From positions 18,771 to 82,770 of the forward strand of contig JAZRXZ010000052.1 of NCBI GenBank assembly GCA_045600445.1: a stretch of DNA of 64,000 nt, given 5' to 3'. Positions within the stretch are counted from its first letter, which is position 1; each line of letters opens with the position of its first letter. Under the pieces are notes generated by a model. It was not told the DNA's origin. It made no database searches and worked only from the letters and a program-made list of their open reading frames with translations. Of this stretch, positions 8,894 to 16,729 are shown one piece after another. Source of the stretch: Bacteroidales bacterium. Lineage in GTDB: Bacteria > Bacteroidota > Bacteroidia > Bacteroidales > UBA3663. The translations under genes were made by a program, and so were the position numbers.

Positions 8894-9841
8894 ATGTTTA
8901 GAAAAGAAATTAAGGTGCTTGACTGCACCATCCGCGATGGCGGCCTGATGAACAAATGGCAGTTCAGCAAGGAGTTTGTTAAGGCTGTATATGATGCCAA
9001 TGTTGCAGCAGGTGTTGATATCATGGAGATTGGCTACATCAGTAGTGCTGATCAGTTCCCTCGCCCTGAGTTCGGTCCTTGGAAGTTCTGTGCTGAAGAT
9101 GAGCTGCGCGAGATTGTTGGCGATAACAATACTCATACCAAGCTTTCTGTGATGGCTGATATTGGCCGTATCAAGTTCGATGATATCCGTCCTAAGGGTG
9201 AGAGTGTCATTGATCTTTTCCGTGTAGCTTGCTACGACTATCAGATTGATAAGGCTATTGAGTTGGCTCACCACGTAATGGATAAGGGTTATGATGCTAC
9301 CATCAACCTCATGGCGGTCTCTAAGGTCAACGATCGGGCGCTGGATCAGGTGCTTGAGGATGTAGCTAACTCACGTGTCGGCACTTTCTATCTCGTTGAT
9401 AGCTTCGGAAGCCTTTACTCTGAGGATATTCATAGCCTGATGGAGAAGTATATCACGGCATTGCCAGGCAAGACCATCGGTTTCCATGGTCATAACAATA
9501 CTCAGTTGGCTTTTGCTAACACCATTGAGTGCATCCGTGGTGGTGCTAACATGCTCGATGCTACCATGCTCGGCATTGGCCGTGGTGCTGGTAACTGTCC
9601 GATGGAGCTGCTCCTCTCGTTCCTTAAGAACCCTAAGTACAAGCTCGAACCAGTCATCAAATGCATCCAGGATTACATCCACCCACTGCAGAAGGAGATT
9701 TCTTGGGGTTACTTCATCCCTTACATGATCACCGGTTCGCAGAATGATCACCCACGTTCAGCAATGGCTTGGATGGCCAGTGATCAGCGTGATGACTATC
9801 TGGCTTATTATGAGTCGGTAGTGAAGAACAAGGAGATCTAA
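8894..9841 (+). CDS. DRE-TIM metallolyase / HMGL-like aldolase family protein
   Basis: N-terminal VLDCTIRDGG and FHGHNNTQLAFANT metal-binding motifs. Confidence 0.7.
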   Translation: MFRKEIKVLDCTIRDGGLMNKWQFSKEFVKAVYDANVAAGVDIMEIGYISSADQFPRPEFGPWKFCAEDELREIVGDNNTHTKLSVMADIGRIKFDDIRPKGESVIDLFRVACYDYQIDKAIELAHHVMDKGYDATINLMAVSKVNDRALDQVLEDVANSRVGTFYLVDSFGSLYSEDIHSLMEKYITALPGKTIGFHGHNNTQLAFANTIECIRGGANMLDATMLGIGRGAGNCPMELLLSFLKNPKYKLEPVIKCIQDYIHPLQKEISWGYFIPYMITGSQNDHPRSAMAWMASDQRDDYLAYYESVVKNKEI

Positions 9842-9863
9842 AGGACCCACCCCGTCGAATAAT

Positions 9864-9903
9864 AAACGTCACCATCCGCATTTTTGCGAGCATGGTGACG
9901 TTT
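9864..9903. terminator. Bidirectional terminator between the aldolase-like and TauE genes
   Basis: 12-bp stem AAACGTCACCAT / ATGGTGACGTTT with T-rich flanks on both strands. An extra GC hairpin CCCTCCC-TTAA-GGGAGGG lies at ~9922-9939. Confidence 0.7.
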
Positions 9904-9961
9904 CTCTTTGAGGGTGGCACCCCCTCCCTTAAGGGAGGGTCGGGGAGGGTCCTTGTGGTCT

Positions 9962-10678
9962 TTATATCAACGCTATCACTCCGCTGATTGCCATATAGAT
10001 ATAGATAATTTTCCTCAGCATTGCGATAGGGATCAGACGGAAGACCTTCGCTCCAATCCACGTGCCTATGAGGACGGCTACAATGCCATAGAGCCAGCCT
10101 TCGGCAACAGCAGAAGTGAAATGACCATTGCGGGCACGAAAGAGGGTCATCATTGTGTTGCCAATGAGAAAATACGTCTGTGCCAGCGCCATGTAGTTTT
10201 CTTTCTTCTCAGTGCAAGCCAGGAAATAAAGGACGGCCGGAGGACCCTGCATACCGAAGAATCCTCCCATGACGCCACTGATCGTTCCCATGCTGATCTG
10301 CATTGGCAAGGTAGGTTGTACCTTCACATGTTTGCTGATAAAGAGGAACCACAGAGATACTAAAATAAGCACCCCACCCAGGATGCGCTTCAGCAGACCA
10401 TCGCCCGCTAAAGACACAAACTGGATGGAGATATAGGATACTACTAAGAATGTCAGAAGGATGGGGAGGAGCTTCCTCCACTCGATGAACTTCCACATCC
10501 TTGAGACAATGATGATAGAAGTGACGAGTGCCAGTGACCCGGAGAGAGTCGTAGCTTCAGCATACGATGGCAACAGGTAGGGCAGGACCGTCATGATGAA
10601 GATGCCGAACCCAAAACCTGAGACTCGCTGCACGAAGGCGGCGCCGAGGCTGAACAGAAAGATTAGTAGTATGGTCAT
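9962..10678 (-). CDS. TauE/SafE family sulfite/anion exporter
   Basis: Polytopic membrane protein. The N-terminus FSLGAAFVQRVSGFGFGI is typical of TauE. Confidence 0.8.
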   Translation of the reverse strand: MTILLIFLFSLGAAFVQRVSGFGFGIFIMTVLPYLLPSYAEATTLSGSLALVTSIIIVSRMWKFIEWRKLLPILLTFLVVSYISIQFVSLAGDGLLKRILGGVLILVSLWFLFISKHVKVQPTLPMQISMGTISGVMGGFFGMQGPPAVLYFLACTEKKENYMALAQTYFLIGNTMMTLFRARNGHFTSAVAEGWLYGIVAVLIGTWIGAKVFRLIPIAMLRKIIYIYMAISGVIALI

Positions 10679-10684
10679 TTGGGT

Positions 10685-12991
10685 TTAGAGGTCCATATTT
10701 GGCTTGCAGACATCATGTCCTGCTACGCTCTGAGCCTTAGCCTGAGTATAGACACCCGTGCCGCGGATATCCTCTACGCTTGCACCGAACTTGACAGTGT
10801 ACTTGCCAGCTGCGGTTTCCCAAGCCTGAGTAGCCTCGTTGTAAGAAGCAAGCTCATATGCGCTGACGGTCATAGTAAGTGTCTGGCTCTCACCTGGCTG
10901 GAGCTCACGTGTCTTAGCGAAAGCCTTCAACTCGTTAGCTGGCTTCTCAAGGCCACCTGCAGGAGCAGAGACGTAGAGCTGAACAGCCTCCTTGCCAGCT
11001 ACCTTACCAGTGTTGGTAACGGTGATCTGAGCGGTGAAACCATCCTTGCCTGCCTTAACTACTGGCTTAGAGTATGCGAAAGTGGTGTAGCTCATACCGA
11101 AGCCGAATGGGTAAGAAACCTCTACACCAGCGGTGTTGAAGAAGCGGTAACCCACGTTGAGTCCCTCCTGATGGAGTGTGTAGTCGGTGTTCTTAACTGG
11201 GCCACGACGCCACCAGTTATTACCCTCAGAGATACCTACGTTAGGATAGTTCTGTGAAGAAGGAACGTCTGCACCTGCAATAGGGAAGGTCATGGTGAGC
11301 TTGCCCGAAGGATTAGCCTTGCCGGTCAATACGTCAACTACAGAGTTGCCACCTTCCTGACCTGGCTGCCAAGCCATGAGGATAGCATCAGGAAGACCCT
11401 TCCAAGAAGCAGTTTCAATAACATTGCCCATGTTGAGCACAACAACCACCTTCTTGCCTGCATGGTGGAAGTACTGACATACATTATTAATAAGATCACG
11501 CTCTACCTCAGTGAGGTTGAAGTCATTCTCGATGTGACGGTCAGCACCTTCACCTGCCTGACGGCCGAGGGTGATGAGTGCAATGTCAGCCTTCTTAGCC
11601 TGAGCAGCAATGGCATTGACAGAAACAGCGAGCTCAGGAAGTACTGGCTTACCCCAGCCACGGCCACCACCATTAGCTGCCTGCTGGCTCTCCTGATACT
11701 TCTTATAATCGTAGTAGAGATTCTTGAGATCCTCAGTAACATTGAGACCTGCATTGGTGATACCCTGCATGAGGTCAACGGTGTAAGCCTTGTTAACGTC
11801 ACCCGAACCAGTACCGCCTGCGATGAAGTCGTAAGAGGTAATACCGAAAACAGCTACGTTCTTGACACCTTCCATTGGGAGAGTGTTTGCGTTATTCTTG
11901 AGCAATACCATACCCTCAGTAGCTGACTGGCGGGTTACCTCAGCATGCTTCTGGAGCTCTGGCTTATTGCTGAACTTATAGCCCTGGAAGCGAGGAGTAC
12001 GTACGATGAACTGAAGCATGCGACGGGTGTTGCGGTCAAGGTCTGCCATTGGGATAGTACCCTCCTTTACACCTTCGATGATGCGGTTGATCTCAGTCTG
12101 GTTACCTGGCTCCATCAGGTCATTGCCGGCAATGACAGCTTTCTTGGTACCTTCCTTAGCACCCCAGTCGGTCATGACAATGCCCTTGTAACCCCACTCG
12201 TCGCGCAGGATGGTAGTGAGCAAGCCGTGGCTCTGCTGAGCAAACTCACCGTTGACCTGGTTGTAAGAAGACATAACTGTCCAAGGATCAGACTCCTTGA
12301 CAGCAATCTCGAAGCCCTTCAAGTAAATCTCACGCAAAGCACGCTGGCTGACTACCTCGTTGACAAAGGTACGGTTGGTCTCCTGAGAGTTGACTGCGAA
12401 GTGCTTGATAGAAGTACCTACTCCCTGGCTCTGAATACCGCGAACGTAAGCTGCTGCAATCTTACCAGCCACGATAGGATCCTCAGAATAATACTCGAAG
12501 TTACGGCCACAGAGAGGTGAGCGGTGGATGTTCATACCTGGTGCGAGGAGTACGTCGCAGCCATATTCGAGCACCTCATTACCGATGCTTTGGCCGACGC
12601 TTTCTACAAGTTCCTGATTCCAGGTACAAGCCAGAGCGGTACCTACAGGGAAGCCAGTTGCATAATAAGTGTTTGGATCATTCTTGCGGGTAGGAGAGAT
12701 ACGTACACCAGCAGGACCGTCAGACAATACGGTTGATGGAATGCCTAAGCGAGGGATGGCACGGGTAGCACCAGCTGCACCTGGGACGAGGTCTGCATGC
12801 TGTCCGAGCATGCCGTTCATGTCTTCCGTTGCCTGTGCAATGCTGTAACCTACACAGAGGGTTGCTTTCTCCTCGAGGGTCATAGCCTTGAGGATTTCGT
12901 CGATGTTGTCAGCATTGAGCTTGAGCTGCTGAGCCATCATAGGCTGAGCGCCTAAGAGCAGCGCGAAGGCTGCAAGATTTTTCATCTTCAT
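10685..12991 (-). CDS. Glycoside hydrolase family 3 beta-glucosidase, secreted
   Basis: KGIVMTDWGA nucleophile region with GH3 N- and C-terminal domains and an Fn3-like tail. The start is set at MKMKNLAAFALLLGAQPMMAQ (signal peptide) because an exact -7 box (13039-13046) lies inside the longer ORF call to 13111. Confidence 0.9.
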   Translation of the reverse strand: MKMKNLAAFALLLGAQPMMAQQLKLNADNIDEILKAMTLEEKATLCVGYSIAQATEDMNGMLGQHADLVPGAAGATRAIPRLGIPSTVLSDGPAGVRISPTRKNDPNTYYATGFPVGTALACTWNQELVESVGQSIGNEVLEYGCDVLLAPGMNIHRSPLCGRNFEYYSEDPIVAGKIAAAYVRGIQSQGVGTSIKHFAVNSQETNRTFVNEVVSQRALREIYLKGFEIAVKESDPWTVMSSYNQVNGEFAQQSHGLLTTILRDEWGYKGIVMTDWGAKEGTKKAVIAGNDLMEPGNQTEINRIIEGVKEGTIPMADLDRNTRRMLQFIVRTPRFQGYKFSNKPELQKHAEVTRQSATEGMVLLKNNANTLPMEGVKNVAVFGITSYDFIAGGTGSGDVNKAYTVDLMQGITNAGLNVTEDLKNLYYDYKKYQESQQAANGGGRGWGKPVLPELAVSVNAIAAQAKKADIALITLGRQAGEGADRHIENDFNLTEVERDLINNVCQYFHHAGKKVVVVLNMGNVIETASWKGLPDAILMAWQPGQEGGNSVVDVLTGKANPSGKLTMTFPIAGADVPSSQNYPNVGISEGNNWWRRGPVKNTDYTLHQEGLNVGYRFFNTAGVEVSYPFGFGMSYTTFAYSKPVVKAGKDGFTAQITVTNTGKVAGKEAVQLYVSAPAGGLEKPANELKAFAKTRELQPGESQTLTMTVSAYELASYNEATQAWETAAGKYTVKFGASVEDIRGTGVYTQAKAQSVAGHDVCKPNMDL

Positions 12992-13038
12992 GGTTTTGTG
13001 TTTTTTATTGAGTATGATTGTATTTTTGTAATCGACTG

Positions 13039-13046
13039 CAAATATA
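13039..13046 (-). promoter_or_regulatory. -7 box (TATATTTG) for the 10685-12991 GH3 gene
   Basis: Exact TAnnTTTG about 48 nt upstream of the ATG at 12991. Confidence 0.55.
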
Positions 13047-13152
13047 CATTTTTTTGTGAGAATCTCCAAATTTACGAAAACAAAAACCGCTGACGTTGCA
13101 CGTAGAGGCAAACATTCAGCGGTATTTGAAAGTATTAGTTACAAAATCCTGT

Positions 13153-14496
13153 TTATTTCACCGAGTCATTCGCAATACTGTCGGTCGAGAATACGATAGT
13201 ATCTGCAGGGAGCTCTGGCGTGTCATCGGGTTGGTCGTAATTATCAGAATCAAACCACTCTGACGGATCATCCCAATCGGAACTTGTCGTATTTATATAT
13301 ATATGTGCATTCTTGGCGAGGTGTCCAGCCGAAGACAACAGGCCGACGATGGCGCATCCGAGACCCAGCACAATGCCAAGGATACAGCAGACAATCGAGG
13401 TGGTAGACATCTTCTTGTCTGAACCTCTCAGCCAACGGACGATGAGCCAAATAATGACAACGAGTACTACGATGACTGCGATAATTCCGATCAGCATCGG
13501 CACTTTGGCCGTACTCAGCAAGGCTGGTAAACCCTCTAATGGTGTTGCATCGAAGAGATTACCTATGAGTTCGCGTCCAATGCCCACTACGGTAACAAGT
13601 GCAATGAAGAACCAAAAGAGCGTAATCAGGATGATAGGGAGCATTAAGACCAGACAGCCTCCGAAGAAAACCTTTAGGCAACCGCTGTTGTTGTTCTGCT
13701 GCTGCTGGTAGCTGGCGTGAGCTTGAGTCTCATCGTGATGGCTGGTAGCTGACTCGCGGAGGATCTCTGCGTTGATATTCTCTGGTGTAACGTTTTCACC
13801 TTTCATGCGCAGCATGTCCTCTGGTGTCTTGGCCTCTGGCATGATGATCCAGAGAATGATATAAAGTACAGGTACACTGATATTAATAACGTCTGGTATC
13901 CACCGAGGCATATAAAACATGAGGAATACGGTCAAGCCGAGGAAACCCAGTCGCCAGAAAGTAGCGTCATTGATACCCGTATCTTTTCCTCCATTAAAAA
14001 ACAAGGCTAAACCAGAACAGACACCACCGAGCTTTTTGTCCTTTGGGTTGCGGTAGAGGTGGCGGTCATTCAGATTCCACTTGTTCTTATTGCCTTCGTT
14101 GGTCGTACTATCGTAGGGCTTACCTGTATAACTTCCAGTATTGCTCGAAGTATTCCCAGTATTGCCTGCACCATTTCCAGTAGTATTTCCTGAAGATTTG
14201 AAAGTTCCATTTTCTGCACTTTCATTCTCCTCCTTGCCATCAATCTCAGCAGGATTACCGATCTTGGCAATGATCTCCTTGATCATGTCTATGTCGATGG
14301 CCTCGTTGCCTTCCTCTTTCTTCTGCCACATGAGCTCAGCCACACGGTGTTCAATGTCATCAGCAATCTCCTCGCCGCCTTCCTGACGGGCAAAGTAGCT
14401 CTTCATCGAGTCTGTGTATTTCTGCAGCAAAGCGTATGCATCTTCGTCAATGCAGTATAATGAACCGAAAAGGTTGATCGTGATATTCTTTTTCAT
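13153..14496 (-). CDS. PspC-domain membrane protein
   Basis: PspC motif LYRNPKDKKLGGVCSGLALFF, several TM segments and a low-complexity G/N/T-rich linker. Confidence 0.8.
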   Translation of the reverse strand: MKKNITINLFGSLYCIDEDAYALLQKYTDSMKSYFARQEGGEEIADDIEHRVAELMWQKKEEGNEAIDIDMIKEIIAKIGNPAEIDGKEENESAENGTFKSSGNTTGNGAGNTGNTSSNTGSYTGKPYDSTTNEGNKNKWNLNDRHLYRNPKDKKLGGVCSGLALFFNGGKDTGINDATFWRLGFLGLTVFLMFYMPRWIPDVINISVPVLYIILWIIMPEAKTPEDMLRMKGENVTPENINAEILRESATSHHDETQAHASYQQQQNNNSGCLKVFFGGCLVLMLPIILITLFWFFIALVTVVGIGRELIGNLFDATPLEGLPALLSTAKVPMLIGIIAVIVVLVVIIWLIVRWLRGSDKKMSTTSIVCCILGIVLGLGCAIVGLLSSAGHLAKNAHIYINTTSSDWDDPSEWFDSDNYDQPDDTPELPADTIVFSTDSIANDSVK

Positions 14497-14500
14497 ATAG

Positions 14501-14902
14501 TTAATAGGTTATTGTGTCATTGATAAATGGTTCTGACGGTGTTATCACTTCTGCTGCCTCCGGCTTTGCCTCAATCAGCGTATTCTTGAGCGCATTTACC
14601 GTGTAAGCCAACTCGTTCCAACTGTCATCCAGCTGTCGCAGCGCCTCCTCACCATCAAGTGTCAGCGCATAATACTTACGCGGAGGTCCTTGCAAGCTCT
14701 CTTGCCATTCATACTTCAGGAGCTTATCATTTTTAAGGCGGGTAAGGAGAGGATAGAGTGTCCCTTCCACCACGAGCATCTTCGCATCCTTCAGTTGAGC
14801 GATGATGTCGTTGGCGTATGAAGGCGCGCGATGGAGGAGTAGCAGGATGCAATACTCCAACATACCTTTGCGCATCTGAGATTTAGTGTTGTCAACGTTC
14901 AT
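14501..14902 (-). CDS. PadR family transcriptional regulator
   Basis: Winged-helix PadR pattern MLEYCILLLL...GTLYPLLTRLKNDKLLKYEW...PRKYYALT. Confidence 0.85.
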   Translation of the reverse strand: MNVDNTKSQMRKGMLEYCILLLLHRAPSYANDIIAQLKDAKMLVVEGTLYPLLTRLKNDKLLKYEWQESLQGPPRKYYALTLDGEEALRQLDDSWNELAYTVNALKNTLIEAKPEAAEVITPSEPFINDTITY

Positions 14903-14985
14903 AGTTCTTTCGTTTGTTTGTGTTAGTTTAGGTCAATAATGCTTGTTTGCATCGTTTATTTTATCATAATTATTGGTTTGCGCTG

Positions 14986-15025
14986 CAAAGGTAGGCATAA
15001 TTTAGATACTATGCAATACATAGTA
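14986..15025 (-). promoter_or_regulatory. PadR/PspC operon promoter (-7 box TACCTTTG, 14986-14993) plus upstream palindrome TACTATG-CAATA-CATAGTA (15007-15025)
   Basis: Exact -7 box. The 7-bp perfect inverted repeat is a candidate PadR operator. Confidence 0.45.
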
Positions 15026-15083
15026 CTGAGAAAATGACAAATCTTAACAAAATTTAAACGTTGATTCCTATATTAATAAATGT

Positions 15084-15560
15084 TCATGCGCGTAGTGATT
15101 CGTTCCACTTTTTCACCACATACTGATAGTAGCTCCGATACATCGCTTGTTGTTTCCCTTTGGCACCTGACAATTCGAAGCTGTGTTTATAGTTGGCTGT
15201 AAGTTTGTCAAGTAGCTTCACACACTTACTGATACTCGTACGTTCACTGGTTACTTTGGCGCCGAAGTGGCGAGTTATGGCAAAGAGGAAGCCTTGCAGA
15301 TTATTCTGCATGTTTTTTTCGGTGGTATAATAAAGGAAGATGATTGACCAGAACAGGGTTTTACTCATACCGCGATCTGGGCCGAACAAAAAATCATGTC
15401 TCGTATTCGGTCCTCCTTCTTTATAATAAAGCCTGAGCATAGCTTCGCCACGGCAGAAGAACTCTTCCTCACTTTCCGTTGAGCAGAAAGGGTTCTCCAC
15501 CGGGCGACCTACAGCACGTTTGGCCTTAGGTGTTATGTCTTCGTCATCTGTCCAGAGCAT
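15084..15560 (-). CDS. Hypothetical protein (158 aa), island cargo
   Basis: Long ORF 5 bp downstream of the 329-aa gene with protein-like composition and an AT-hook-like KRAVGRPV near the N-terminus. No family recognised. Confidence 0.55.
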   Translation of the reverse strand: MLWTDDEDITPKAKRAVGRPVENPFCSTESEEEFFCRGEAMLRLYYKEGGPNTRHDFLFGPDRGMSKTLFWSIIFLYYTTEKNMQNNLQGFLFAITRHFGAKVTSERTSISKCVKLLDKLTANYKHSFELSGAKGKQQAMYRSYYQYVVKKWNESLRA

Positions 15561-15565
15561 GTGCT

Positions 15566-16555
15566 TTACTCCTCTTCAATATCATCCCAGATATCATCAT
15601 CCATCTCTTCCTCTTTTGAGAACAACGACACTCCCAGCGCATCCAGTGTCAGGAAGTTCCACGAATAGCTCTCATCGGGGGTCGATACGTCATACTTGAC
15701 CATCAGCGCCTTCCATTGGGCATGGAGTGCATCCATCTGCTCCTGTGACGGATGGCGTTCTCCCATCGTCCAATGCTCTCTGATCCAAGCCGAAAGCTCT
15801 CGGGCGCAGAGCACCTGATTGTGCCGATAGGTAGGGTCGATGAAGGTGTCGAACGAGTCGTATACCGATTGCTCCAGCAGGTCAAAGCCCAGCAGCTGAC
15901 CCACCAGGATATGGTTCTCGATTTCCCAAAGATCTTCTGCACACTTGCAGATGGCGGCAGTCAGAGCCTTCTGCTTTTCGTCCGTCTTAGTGCATCTCTT
16001 CCATTCCTGATTTACCTGATATTCAAACGATTCTGTTGCCTCCTGACGCGCCACACATGAGTATTTCTCCACATCCATCCAGATCTGGTGTTCCAAGTCA
16101 TAGAGGATGGCCGCCGACAGGTAAGGCATGGGTTGGCCGATGGCCGGATCTCCCTGACAGATCAGCTCAAAAAGCTCCTTGTTTTCGAAGCTCGATGTTC
16201 CATTATTCAAGTTCCATGGCCAAGCCGACCAATCAATCTTCCTACCGCGGAATAGCGGATAGCACACCTCCTTAACGTCCAGATAGAACCCCAGACGCAC
16301 GCGCTTCTCAGCCGAAAGCTGATTGATCTGGCTCAGGTCTCTGACCAGCTCACACAACTCCTGATCGTCAAATACCTCAAGCGTATATTCGGTGATCTGT
16401 GAGTACCGACCCTCGCAAAACATCACATTATTGGCCGTTCTTAGCACCAATTGGCGATATTCCTCGCTCTTTTTTTCGGGCAGATGGGCGAAGTCAACGT
16501 CCTTTATGAAGTGGTCATAATAACCTATGATAATATCTAAAGTCCACGATTTCAT
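15566..16555 (-). CDS. Hypothetical protein (329 aa, Trp-rich, acidic C-terminal tail EEEMDDDIWDDIEEE), island cargo
   Basis: Long ORF with its own -7 box (16612-16619). No family recognised. Confidence 0.6.
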   Translation of the reverse strand: MKSWTLDIIIGYYDHFIKDVDFAHLPEKKSEEYRQLVLRTANNVMFCEGRYSQITEYTLEVFDDQELCELVRDLSQINQLSAEKRVRLGFYLDVKEVCYPLFRGRKIDWSAWPWNLNNGTSSFENKELFELICQGDPAIGQPMPYLSAAILYDLEHQIWMDVEKYSCVARQEATESFEYQVNQEWKRCTKTDEKQKALTAAICKCAEDLWEIENHILVGQLLGFDLLEQSVYDSFDTFIDPTYRHNQVLCARELSAWIREHWTMGERHPSQEQMDALHAQWKALMVKYDVSTPDESYSWNFLTLDALGVSLFSKEEEMDDDIWDDIEEE

Positions 16556-16611
16556 ATGCTTAGCTTTATTTGTGGTAGGGGCGGAAGAGCATTCCTTCTC
16601 AAATCCTGACG

Positions 16612-16619
16612 CAAAGATA
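16612..16619 (-). promoter_or_regulatory. -7 box (TATCTTTG) for the 329-aa/158-aa gene pair
   Basis: Exact TAnnTTTG about 57 nt upstream of the ATG at 16555. Confidence 0.55.
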
Positions 16620-16647
16620 ATACTTTTCCGTCACCCTACCAAATTTA

Positions 16648-16687
16648 GTACACTCTTTTTCTTATTGTTAATTGTTATTTGTTATAA
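16648..16687 (+). repeat. 41-bp heptad-repeat element, copy a
   Basis: GTACACTCTTTTTCTTATTGTTAATTGTTATTTGTTATAA. It is the inverted partner of copy b (3 mismatches). Confidence 0.9.
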
Positions 16688-16729
16688 CCCTCGGCAAAAG
16701 CTCTTTCTATGGCTGCGAGGACCTTACTC

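Noticed and set aside
9905-9945. GC-rich palindrome CCCTCCC-TTAA-GGGAGGG with flanking GGACCC/GGGTCC as a special regulatory element
   Set aside because: It lies in a 120-bp convergent gap beside a strong bidirectional terminator. The simplest reading is an accessory terminator hairpin.
12992-13111. 40-codon N-terminal extension of the 808-aa GH3 ORF call
   Set aside because: An exact -7 promoter box (13039-13046) lies inside the extension, and a canonical signal peptide starts at the ATG at 12991.
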